Shown one piece after another: positions 1 through 8,526 of a stretch of 64,000 nt of DNA. Origin of the DNA: an uncultured Anaerofilum sp. (GTDB lineage: Bacteria > Bacillota > Clostridia > Oscillospirales > Ruminococcaceae); assembly GCA_944385935.1 (NCBI GenBank), contig CALWZC010000004.1:75426-139425 (forward strand). Direction: 5' to 3'. A program made the position numbers and the translations under genes. Below the pieces are notes generated by a model that was given only the letters and a program-made list of their open reading frames with translations, did not search any database and was not told where the DNA came from. Every line of letters starts with the position of its first letter. The first letter of the stretch is position 1.

Positions 1-161
1 CTACTAGAAAAGATTCCACCGTACTGGGCCATGCCACAAAAAAGGCTTTTTTCCATAGCTCTTTGGTGGTGGGAAGGTCTCCTTTTGGGGGATATTTTCC
101 CAAAAGGGCGGGGGCAGAAATAAACTTGCTTGCAACAGACATGGTATTTTTTCGCCTCCCC

Positions 162-635
162 TTACAGAACTACAAATCCATCCCATAAGGGCAAGGCAGA
201 CAAAATGGCGGCGCATTGCTCCAGACCTTCCTTATCTTCTGGAGAAAAGCGGTTTTTGATGGGGCTGTCAATATCCAATACCCCAACAACAGAGCCATTT
301 ACAACCAGTGGTACCACAATTTCACTTTCGCTGGCAGCGTCACAAGCAATATGCCCGGCAAAGGTATGTACATCTTCTACCACCACTGTGGAGCGGCTTT
401 GTGCTGCATGACCGCATACACCACGGCCAAAGGGAATTTGCAAGCAAGCAGGTTTTCCGCCAAAAGGCCCCAAAATAAGTTGTTCCCCCTTAGTAAGGTA
501 AAATCCTGCCCAGTTAATTTGGGGTAGGCTGTGGTAAAGCAATGCCGCAGCATTGGACAAAGCAGACACCAGAGAAGGGCAATTTTGGGTGAGCCCCTGT
601 AGCTGTTGGCATATCTCTTTGTAAGATGGTTCCAT
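162..635 (-). CDS. GAF domain protein, free methionine-(R)-sulfoxide reductase (fRMsr/MsrC)-like
   Basis: ORF 162..701 trimmed to internal Met (MEPSYKEI) preceded by AGGAGG RBS; motifs GFY...LGPFGGKPAC...GRGVCG...GHIACD..SESEIVVP typical of fRMsr GAF proteins. Confidence 0.75.
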   Translation of the reverse strand: MEPSYKEICQQLQGLTQNCPSLVSALSNAAALLYHSLPQINWAGFYLTKGEQLILGPFGGKPACLQIPFGRGVCGHAAQSRSTVVVEDVHTFAGHIACDAASESEIVVPLVVNGSVVGVLDIDSPIKNRFSPEDKEGLEQCAAILSALPLWDGFVVL

Positions 636-812
636 GATACAATTCCTCCTTAGGGATTTTTGCCAGTATAAAAATGCAAGGAATGGCAAAAATTCTTTCA
701 TAATTTTACAAATATATTACTTATAATACTATGTTTCCCATAAAGTGTAAAGAGCAGCCCCCACAGAATTCAATCTGGAAGAGCTGCCCCAAAATCTAAT
801 ATTTTTTATATT

Positions 813-1427
813 TCATTCAGAAAGAATGGTAATGGATTCAATGACAGGTTGTTGTTCGGCTGAAATGGTTCCATTGGAGTCCTCAGGTTGTGCATCTTTG
901 CAGATGGCATCCACAATGTCCATACCTTCTGTTACATGACCAAAGCCAGCATAGCTGCCGTCGAGATAGGTAGAATCCTGCTGCACAATGAAAAACTGGG
1001 AGCTAGCACTGTCCATATCTTGCGCACGAGCCATGGAAATGGTTCCACGAGTGTGAGAAATGGGGTTTTCTATTCCGTTTTTAGAAAATTCCCCCTGAAT
1101 GGTGCTATCAGAACCGCCAGTGCCATCGCCTTTTGGGTCGCCTCCTTGTATCATAAAACCGTCAATAATGCGATGGAAAGTTAGCCCATCATAAAAACCA
1201 TCTTTGGCAAGGGTTACAAAATTTGTTACTGAAATAGGGGCAGTGTCTGCATCCAGTTCCACCGAGATGGTGCCATAGTCTTTTACTACAATTTCAGCTT
1301 CATATTTTCCCGAAAGTAGGTCTTGTTGTTGGGAGGAAGAAGCAGAAGAGGAGGCAGACTGTCCACAAGCAGAACACACAGCACATATAACCACTGCCAT
1401 CAAAAAGCCAACGAATCTTTTCGCCAT
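813..1427 (-). CDS. ppiB: peptidyl-prolyl cis-trans isomerase, cyclophilin type, secreted/lipoprotein
   Basis: Start at MAKRF (ATG 1425-1427, GTGAGG RBS); N-terminal signal peptide with Cys cluster; cyclophilin core FHRIIDGFMIQGGDP. Confidence 0.85.
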   Translation of the reverse strand: MAKRFVGFLMAVVICAVCSACGQSASSSASSSQQQDLLSGKYEAEIVVKDYGTISVELDADTAPISVTNFVTLAKDGFYDGLTFHRIIDGFMIQGGDPKGDGTGGSDSTIQGEFSKNGIENPISHTRGTISMARAQDMDSASSQFFIVQQDSTYLDGSYAGFGHVTEGMDIVDAICKDAQPEDSNGTISAEQQPVIESITILSE

Positions 1428-1577
1428 ATACAACCTCACTTTTATACTAGGGCAAAATTGCCCGAATTTGTTTTCCAGTATACCATTCTTATGGGCAGGG
1501 TGCAACGTGTTAAAATACAAAGAATTTGACACAACTGTACCAGCTAGATATACTTAGGGCAATTATTTTATAAGAAA

Positions 1578-2186
1578 ATGGGGGATTGTGTGAAACGTAC
1601 TAGCACTACCAAAAAACGGATTGTCACTGCTGCATGGAAGCTGTTTTATGAACAGGGGTATGACAACACCACAGTAGAGGAAATTATTTTTGAATCGGGA
1701 ACCTCAAAGGGTTCTTTTTATCATTATTTTGAGGGAAAGGACGCCTTGCTTAGTTCTCTATCCTATTTGTTCGATGAAAAATATGAGGAGCTGGTACATC
1801 AGCTCACACCAGAACAAGATGCTTATGAAAAATTGATTTTTTTAAATCGCAATTTATTTGAAATGATTGACAATGGAATTTCACCAGAGCTGTTGACCCG
1901 ATTGTATTCCACCCAGCTTACCACAAGGGGAGAAAAACACCTATTGAACCGCAGCCGATTCTATTACAAGTTGCTGCATAAAATTATGTTGGAAGGGCAA
2001 CAGGCAGACCAGTTGTGTCATGATATGACAGTGGGGGAATTGGTAAAATATTATGCCATGTGTGAAAGGGCATTGATTTATGAATGGTGTATGATAGGTG
2101 GAGAATATTCCTTGAGAGAATATTCGGCAAAAATTTTACCTAAAATGCTCCAAAGTATCCGTAGCCCACAATCAAATATTGAATAA
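1578..2186 (+). CDS. TetR/AcrR family transcriptional regulator
   Basis: N-terminal HTH TAAWKLFYEQGYDNTTVEEIIFESGTSKGSFYHYF typical TetR_N; alternative GTG start at 1590 possible. Confidence 0.8.
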   Translation: MGDCVKRTSTTKKRIVTAAWKLFYEQGYDNTTVEEIIFESGTSKGSFYHYFEGKDALLSSLSYLFDEKYEELVHQLTPEQDAYEKLIFLNRNLFEMIDNGISPELLTRLYSTQLTTRGEKHLLNRSRFYYKLLHKIMLEGQQADQLCHDMTVGELVKYYAMCERALIYEWCMIGGEYSLREYSAKILPKMLQSIRSPQSNIE

Positions 2187-2412
2187 AAAATTTTTGTCTG
2201 TATTATTATCTGATAGTTTCTCTAAAAAGAGTATAGAAATAAAAAACGTATTATCAATAAAAAACTGTAATTATTGCAAAAATGAACAGAATATAGTCTA
2301 TACTTTGTTCTGTATTGTAGTCTAATTTTGCTTATGATATGATACCCCCAATACAAGCAAAGCAGCAGAAAGACAGCAATGGAACTGTTGCCGAGAATAG
2401 GGGGAATTTGCT

Positions 2413-3951
2413 ATGACCAGTGAGCACATTATCATGAGTATCACAATTTTGGTTTACTTGGCAGGAATGTTATGGGTGGGGGTACTTTGCTCCAAACAGA
2501 ACAAAGATACCACAGATTTTTATTTAGGAGGAAGAAAGCTAGGGCCTTTGGTAACTGCTATGAGTGCAGAGGCCTCAGATATGAGTTCTTGGCTGCTAAT
2601 GGGATTGCCGGGATTGGCCTACCTAACAGGGGTGGCAGATGCTGGATGGACTGCCATTGGTCTTGCCATTGGAACCTATATCAACTGGTTCCTGGTGGCA
2701 AAACGGTTGCGGGTGTATACGCATATTGCAGGAAATGCCATCACCTTGCCGGATTTTTTCCACAACCGCTATCGGGATAAAAGCCGGTTGTTGATGTTGT
2801 TTTCCAGCTTAATGATAGTGTTGTTTTTTATTCCATACACAGCTTCAGGGTTTGCTGCTTGTGGCAAGTTGTTTTCTTCTCTATTTGGTGTGGACTACAC
2901 AACAGCTATGGTGGTTAGTGCCATAGTAATTGTGGGATACACAGCAACAGGTGGTTTTTTGGCAGCCTCCACCACCGATTTTATTCAGTCCTTAGTGATG
3001 TCGGTAGCCTTAGTTTTGGTGTTGCTGTTTGGAGTACACACAGCAGGGGGATGGTCTGTTGTAATGGAACGTGCAGCACAACTTCCCGGTTATTTGGGAA
3101 TGTTCCAAACCCATCAGCCAGAAACAGGCACCGCTGTGGCATATCCCGCTTTGAGTATGTTTTCTACCATTGCATGGGGACTAGGATATTTTGGAATGCC
3201 TCACATTTTATTGCGGTTTATGGCCATTGAGGACAAAGAAAAACTAACATTGTCCCGCCGCATTGCGACCATCTGGGTGGTAATTTCCTTGGCAGTGGGT
3301 GTGACCATTGGCATTGTGGGCATGGCTATGACAAAAACAGGTGTGTTGCCTGTGTTACAAGGAGCCTCTAGCGAAACAATTTTGGTGGTAATTGCGGATT
3401 TAATGAGTAAAAATGGATGGTTACTGGCGATTTTTGCAGGACTAATTTTAGCTGGAATCCTTGCCTCTACCATGTCCACAGCAGATTCTCAGCTATTGGC
3501 AGCCTCTAGTTCTGTTTCGCAAAACCTTTTGCAAGGAGTATTTCAGGTTCCCATCAACAAAAAAGCAGAAATGCTTTGTGCAAGAGGAACTTTAATTGCT
3601 ATTGCATTGTTGGGAATGTGGATTGCAAAAGACCCCAATAGCTCTATTTTTGGTATCGTTTCTTTTGCGTGGGCTGGTTTTGGTGCTTGTTTTGGCCCTG
3701 TCGTTATTATGGCTCTATTTTGGAAACGTTCCAACCGATGGGGGGCTTTGGCAGGAATGCTGGTGGGAGGAACTATGGTATTTGTGTGGAAATACCTTGT
3801 AATACCTTTGGGAGGTTTTTGGAATATTTATGAGCTTCTGCCGGCCTTTGTAGCTGCTTGCGTGGCTATCGTAGTAGTAAGCCTGTTGACAGCTCCACCG
3901 GAGAAAGAAATCTGCGTGGAATTTGACAAAGTTTGCAAAGAATGCCGCTGA
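2413..3951 (+). CDS. putP: sodium:solute symporter family, sodium/proline symporter
   Basis: 512 aa, 12-13 TM helices, SSF family sequence pattern; AGGGGGAA RBS before ATG. Confidence 0.8.
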   Translation: MTSEHIIMSITILVYLAGMLWVGVLCSKQNKDTTDFYLGGRKLGPLVTAMSAEASDMSSWLLMGLPGLAYLTGVADAGWTAIGLAIGTYINWFLVAKRLRVYTHIAGNAITLPDFFHNRYRDKSRLLMLFSSLMIVLFFIPYTASGFAACGKLFSSLFGVDYTTAMVVSAIVIVGYTATGGFLAASTTDFIQSLVMSVALVLVLLFGVHTAGGWSVVMERAAQLPGYLGMFQTHQPETGTAVAYPALSMFSTIAWGLGYFGMPHILLRFMAIEDKEKLTLSRRIATIWVVISLAVGVTIGIVGMAMTKTGVLPVLQGASSETILVVIADLMSKNGWLLAIFAGLILAGILASTMSTADSQLLAASSSVSQNLLQGVFQVPINKKAEMLCARGTLIAIALLGMWIAKDPNSSIFGIVSFAWAGFGACFGPVVIMALFWKRSNRWGALAGMLVGGTMVFVWKYLVIPLGGFWNIYELLPAFVAACVAIVVVSLLTAPPEKEICVEFDKVCKECR

Positions 3952-3960
3952 AAAGTGCCA

Positions 3961-4010
3961 AAAAACTCTGGATTTTGAGCTAAATTGACATCAAAGTCCA
4001 GAGTTTTTTG
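3961..4010 (+). terminator. rho-independent terminator after putP
   Basis: inverted repeat AACTCTGGA...TCCAGAGTT followed by TTTTGTT. Confidence 0.6.
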
Positions 4011-4150
4011 TTGAATTTTTCATGAATAAATTATTAAATTTTACAAAAAATGGTACAAAATATTCCAAAAACACCAAAAATATACATGCAAAATGATATT
4101 TTTCTCACAAATAAAGGGGCAATTTGCGGGTTTGCGTGGAATTTCGTGTA

Positions 4151-4180
4151 TTGAAGGCACAGTGGAATCTATCGTATAAT
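4151..4180 (+). promoter_or_regulatory. sigma-70-like promoter (-35 TTGAAG, 18-nt spacer, -10 TATAAT)
   Basis: TTGAAG 4151-4156 and TATAAT 4175-4180 read directly; upstream of small ORF and Spo0A-like RR. Confidence 0.45.
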
Positions 4181-4308
4181 GATGATGTTCCGAAATGCAA
4201 AGGAATAGTAAAAACTACACTACACCATGCAAGGTTGTATTTGTGGAAAAAGATGGATTTGCCTGCATGATGTAGAGATACTGTGTAAGAGTGGGCGGAG
4301 GATTTTTT

Positions 4309-4584
4309 ATGGAAACAAATTGCACTTTGATGTTGGAGAAAAGCTTTTCTCAGTTGGGCAAACTGCAAGACGAAATGCAGTTGCAGTACGCCATGAGTGT
4401 GCAACCCAATGGTGTAGAGTTTTGCGTTAGAAAAATACAAAACCACAACCAACAGTGGGAAAATAGCATGGTGGATGGATTGTCTTCAGAACAAGGAGAA
4501 CTGATTATAAACTTTATGCACCAAAATGCAGTTCCCTTTGAAAACTGGAGAGATATTCTGGAAGATTTGTTGTGCATTGTATAA
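4309..4584 (+). CDS. hypothetical small protein (91 aa), weakly Spo0E-reminiscent
   Basis: ATG 4309 preceded by GGAGG at 7-nt spacing; no confident family; segment SSEQGELIINF faintly resembles the Spo0E SQELDxLINEY motif. Confidence 0.35.
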   Translation: METNCTLMLEKSFSQLGKLQDEMQLQYAMSVQPNGVEFCVRKIQNHNQQWENSMVDGLSSEQGELIINFMHQNAVPFENWRDILEDLLCIV

Positions 4585-4725
4585 GGCAGCGGACCGGACT
4601 TTGAAAAAGGGCAACAGTAATATGTTTTGTCAGCAAGGGCTGCCCGTTTGGGTGGCTCTTTTTGCGTAGTAGCTCTTATGGGGCTGCTGGTGTAAAATGC
4701 CCATAGTAAAGGAGAGTAGAGTTTC

Positions 4726-5505
4726 ATGGCACAGGGCATTCGGGTACTTTTGGTGGAAGATAATTTGAATTTGGCAACTTTACAAGCACAAATGCTGAAA
4801 CTTCAACCCGAAAATTATCAGGTGCAGATAGCCTATACAGGGCAACAGGCAAAAGCTGCCTTGCAAGACTCTCTGCCAGATATTATTTTACTGGATTTAA
4901 CATTGCCTGCGCCAGATGGTCTTTCAATTTTGCGTTGGATGCAAACTCAGAAAAAGCCCATGCCACCAGTGATTGTCACTACCAGTTGCACCGAGGAAAG
5001 TGTTCAATGGGAGGCGTTGCGGCTGGGAGCAAAATATTTTATGATTAAGCCTTATCATTTGGATGATTTGTTAGGAAATATCCGAATGTTGCTACGAAAA
5101 CCTGCCAATGGATTTTTTGAATCTGGTATTCATCCAGAGAAAGTAGAATATCTACACCGTGTCAAAATGCTATTAAACCAGATGACCAGCCAAGTGGAAA
5201 GTGAAGGTTATCGCTATGTGTTGATGGCTATGGATAATTATTTTGACCATGGCAGACAGGGAATTTCCATCAAGGCATTAAGTGAAAAGGCAGGGCAACC
5301 TATAAACAACACCGGTGGAAATAATCTTATTGAGGCGGCAATTTATCGTTTGGTCTATCAAATTTGGAGAAAAAACTCTCCTGCATACCAACAGCTTTGC
5401 AGTTTTTGTGGATTGCCCAACGGAAGCCGAATGCCTGTCCGAAGATTTTTGTCTGCACTGGCACAGGTGGCACAAAGAGAACACACTTTGCCAAAGGAGA
5501 GGTAA
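4726..5505 (+). CDS. spo0A: response regulator with Spo0A-like C-terminal effector domain
   Basis: AAAGGAGAG RBS; receiver motifs LLVEDN, IILLDLTLP (phospho-Asp), VIVTTS, YFMIKPYHLDDLLGNIR; C-terminal part alignable to the Spo0A DNA-binding domain. Confidence 0.6.
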   Translation: MAQGIRVLLVEDNLNLATLQAQMLKLQPENYQVQIAYTGQQAKAALQDSLPDIILLDLTLPAPDGLSILRWMQTQKKPMPPVIVTTSCTEESVQWEALRLGAKYFMIKPYHLDDLLGNIRMLLRKPANGFFESGIHPEKVEYLHRVKMLLNQMTSQVESEGYRYVLMAMDNYFDHGRQGISIKALSEKAGQPINNTGGNNLIEAAIYRLVYQIWRKNSPAYQQLCSFCGLPNGSRMPVRRFLSALAQVAQREHTLPKER

Positions 5506-5506
5506 A

Positions 5507-6301
5507 ATGAAGGCTGAGCAAAACAAAGAATTGTACCATCAAATGAAAATGGTGACTGCTGTTGCCTATGACCTGCGAGACCCTGCAACGGTAATTTTAA
5601 TGGCCAAAGATGCTCTGGAAAAGTTGGTCATTGCCCAGCTGCCAGAGAAGGATCAAAAAAAGGCACAGGGGCCTTTGCGATATATCGAAAAAAGTGTAAA
5701 CCGATTGGAAAGAATCAGCATGAATCTGTTGGATATTTCCCGCAGTTCCACAGGAGAACTAAAACCCCACTGGGAGTCGGTTTGTATTTCAGCAGCATGT
5801 AAAGAACTATGTGAAGAAGCCAGAGCTATGCGCCAAGGGAAAAATATTGTTTGCAGTGTTCCAAAACATCCTGTTGTTATACAAACAGATTGCTATTTTT
5901 TTGACCGCATTTTACTAAATCTCCTTAGCAATGCTATGACAGCTTGTCCAGAGGGCAAAATTTGGGTGGAATTGAAGGAATACTCCAATGAAGTGGTTTT
6001 AGTGGTAAAGGACAGCGGGCCGGGCTTGGATGCCCACCGCTTGCAAAGCCCTTTTGCACCAGTCTACCGCACCGAGGATTCTTCCATGCGTTTGGGGCTG
6101 TATATTTCAGATTTGTTGGCAAAGCAAATGTACGCAACCCTTAGCGCAGAAAATATGCCTAAAGGTGGAGCAAGGTTTGTGTTACGTATTCCTGTGGAAG
6201 AGCAAGGTGGACAACAAGCCTTTTGTGCTCCTGTTCGACAGGAACAACAAACCCGAAAGCGATATGTTGAAGCAGAGTTTTCTCTATTTGACCCAATGTA
6301 A
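5507..6301 (+). CDS. histidine-kinase-like protein (HisKA+HATPase_c) with Tyr at phospho-acceptor position
   Basis: ATG 5507 immediately after RR stop (TAA 5503-5505); N-box LLNLLSNAM, G1 DSGPGLD, G2 LGLYIS present; H-box reads AYDLRDPAT (TAT at 5567-5569) versus KinA-type AHEIRNPLT; no TM segments. Confidence 0.65.
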   Translation: MKAEQNKELYHQMKMVTAVAYDLRDPATVILMAKDALEKLVIAQLPEKDQKKAQGPLRYIEKSVNRLERISMNLLDISRSSTGELKPHWESVCISAACKELCEEARAMRQGKNIVCSVPKHPVVIQTDCYFFDRILLNLLSNAMTACPEGKIWVELKEYSNEVVLVVKDSGPGLDAHRLQSPFAPVYRTEDSSMRLGLYISDLLAKQMYATLSAENMPKGGARFVLRIPVEEQGGQQAFCAPVRQEQQTRKRYVEAEFSLFDPM

Positions 6302-6476
6302 GGGTAAAGTCAGCAAAATATATCTTTTTCAAAAAGCCTTTGCCAGTAGTTTTGGTACAAGGGCTTTTTGCGGTTGTCGTAATTCCTGCATACAGTACCT
6401 TGTAAAACCATCAGGATTGTAGTATACTAAAACAGTATAGTCCAAATACACACAGGAATTTTATGAGGTATACAGA

Positions 6477-7859
6477 TTGAACCGGATTGATTTTACACAC
6501 AATACACAAGCGGCAGAGGTAATTGCTGCCCATTACGACAGCCCACCTTTGGCCTTTGTCCATTCTTATGGCTGTCAGCAAAATGTAAACGATGGAGAAA
6601 AAATCAAAGGTGTGCTGGTGGATGCTGGTTACGGCCTTTGTGACAAGTTTGAGGATGCAGACCTGATTTTGTTTAATACCTGCGCTGTGCGAGAGCATGC
6701 TGAGGAGCGTGTTTTTGGCAATGTGGGAGCACTCAAACAGCTAAAAGCTAAAAATCCCCGTCTGATTATTGGCATTTGTGGTTGCATGACCCAACAAGAA
6801 GGCGTGGTAGAGCGTTTGCGCAAAAGCTACCCCTTTGTAGATTTGGTCTTTGGGGTAAATGGCATTGACACACTGCCCCAACTGTTGGCGGAGAAAATGG
6901 GGGCAGGAAAGCGACTGCTAAAAACCCCAACCCAGCGATATGATGTGGTAGAGCAGATTCCCATTCAACGAGATTCTACCTTCCGAGCATGGTTGCCTAT
7001 CATGTATGGATGTGACAACTTTTGCTCTTACTGTATTGTTCCCTATGTACGAGGCAGAGAGCGCAGCCGGAAGAGCCAAGATATTTTGGCAGAGTTTCGC
7101 CAGCTGATAGAGCAGGGATACAAGGAAATTACCCTTTTGGGGCAAAATGTAAACTCTTACGGAAAAGGATTGGAGGAAACAATAGACTTTGCCGACCTGC
7201 TGGAGCAGCTCTGCCAGCAACCGGGGGATTACCATATCCGCTTTATGACCAGCCATCCTAAGGATGCTACCAAAAAGCTCATTGACACTATGGCAAAATA
7301 TCCCCAGCTTTGCAATCATCTGCATTTGCCAGTGCAAAGCGGCAGCAACCGAATCCTAAAGGAAATGAACCGCCACTATACTGTGGAGCAGTATATGGAG
7401 CTAATCAACTATGCAAAGGAGAAAATTCCTGGCATTACCTTCTCCAGTGATATTATTGTAGGATTTCCCGGGGAAACGGAAGAGGAATTTGAACAAACAC
7501 TAGACCTTATTTCCAAAGTGGAATATATGCAGTTGTTTACCTTCATTTATTCCAAAAGAACCGGAACCCGTGCCGCAGAAATGCCCGACCCCTTTACCCA
7601 CAAAGATAAAACCAACCGAATGGCAAGACTGTTGAAAACACAGGAGGAGATTGCCAGCCGTTTGGCAAAGGGAATGATAGGCAAGCAATGCCGTGTGCTG
7701 GTGGAGGGACATTCCCGACAACCGGGTACCCTTGCAGGTAGATTGGATAACAATCTTGTAGTGGAATTTGCAGGGGATGCTGCTCTCATTGGTAGCTATA
7801 CTACTGTAAACATTGAAGATGCTCGTGTAACCATGCTGAAAGGCAGCTTGCAAGCTTGA
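6477..7859 (+). CDS. miaB: tRNA-i6A37 methylthiotransferase MiaB (radical SAM)
   Basis: TTG start after GAGG; MTTase N domain, radical SAM CxxxCxxC (GCDNFCSYCIVPYVRG), TRAM C-terminus. Confidence 0.9.
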   Translation: MNRIDFTHNTQAAEVIAAHYDSPPLAFVHSYGCQQNVNDGEKIKGVLVDAGYGLCDKFEDADLILFNTCAVREHAEERVFGNVGALKQLKAKNPRLIIGICGCMTQQEGVVERLRKSYPFVDLVFGVNGIDTLPQLLAEKMGAGKRLLKTPTQRYDVVEQIPIQRDSTFRAWLPIMYGCDNFCSYCIVPYVRGRERSRKSQDILAEFRQLIEQGYKEITLLGQNVNSYGKGLEETIDFADLLEQLCQQPGDYHIRFMTSHPKDATKKLIDTMAKYPQLCNHLHLPVQSGSNRILKEMNRHYTVEQYMELINYAKEKIPGITFSSDIIVGFPGETEEEFEQTLDLISKVEYMQLFTFIYSKRTGTRAAEMPDPFTHKDKTNRMARLLKTQEEIASRLAKGMIGKQCRVLVEGHSRQPGTLAGRLDNNLVVEFAGDAALIGSYTTVNIEDARVTMLKGSLQA

Positions 7860-7966
7860 TAAATTGGATTTTGCTGGTACAAATTTGTACTTTCAAAATA
7901 AATACTTTTCCGCTTTTAAAAAACGGAAAGAATCCCTTCAAATAAAAGCAAAAGGAGATATACAAA

Positions 7967-8374
7967 ATGGATTGCATTGAACTGTTTAAAAAAGCCGCTG
8001 CCGCTATGCAGGCAGACCCTCGCTGTGTAGCTTTGAACACCACACAAAAAGCCTGCGACGAAGATGAAACCTTGCAGGATTTAATTGGTCAGTTTAACCT
8101 TGCTCGTATCGACATGAACGAGGAAGTGGGCAAACCAGAGCGCAACAACCAGCGCATTGCTGAGCTCAACGAGAAGGTTGGCAAAATCTACAACGAAATT
8201 ATGGAAAATCCCAAAATGGTAGCATACAACGAAGCTAAAAAAGAGGTTGAAGGTATGATTAACCATATCAATGCCATTGTAAACACCGCTGTAGAGGGTG
8301 GCGACCCCATGCTGGTGGAGCAACCTGCTGAGGCTTGCACTGGAAGCTGCTCCAGTTGCAGCGGATGCCATTAA
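7967..8374 (+). CDS. YlbF/YmcA-family regulatory protein with Cys-rich C-terminal tail
   Basis: AAAAGGAG RBS; helical YlbF-like architecture; unusual tail ACTGSCSSCSGCH. Confidence 0.5.
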   Translation: MDCIELFKKAAAAMQADPRCVALNTTQKACDEDETLQDLIGQFNLARIDMNEEVGKPERNNQRIAELNEKVGKIYNEIMENPKMVAYNEAKKEVEGMINHINAIVNTAVEGGDPMLVEQPAEACTGSCSSCSGCH

Positions 8375-8395
8375 AAGCAACCAGCAAGCCCATTG

Positions 8396-8435
8396 CACAC
8401 CGACCGGCACCATTTCCGGTCGGTGTGCCTTTTTG
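8396..8435 (+). terminator. rho-independent terminator
   Basis: CACACCGACCGG...CCGGTCGGTGTG 12-bp stem then CCTTTTTG. Confidence 0.8.
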
Positions 8436-8526
8436 CAAGATTGGGTTTGTGCTGTGGAATACCCGAAGGATAAACCCAATTTTACAAGGATACTGTTGAA
8501 GATGATATACAAGGAGGCGACTTTCA

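Noticed and set aside
5315-5506. N-terminal extension of the kinase-like ORF (ORF track start 5315)
   Set aside because: It overlaps the response regulator in another frame. A proper start at ATG 5507 directly follows the regulator's stop, and the extension has no protein-like features.
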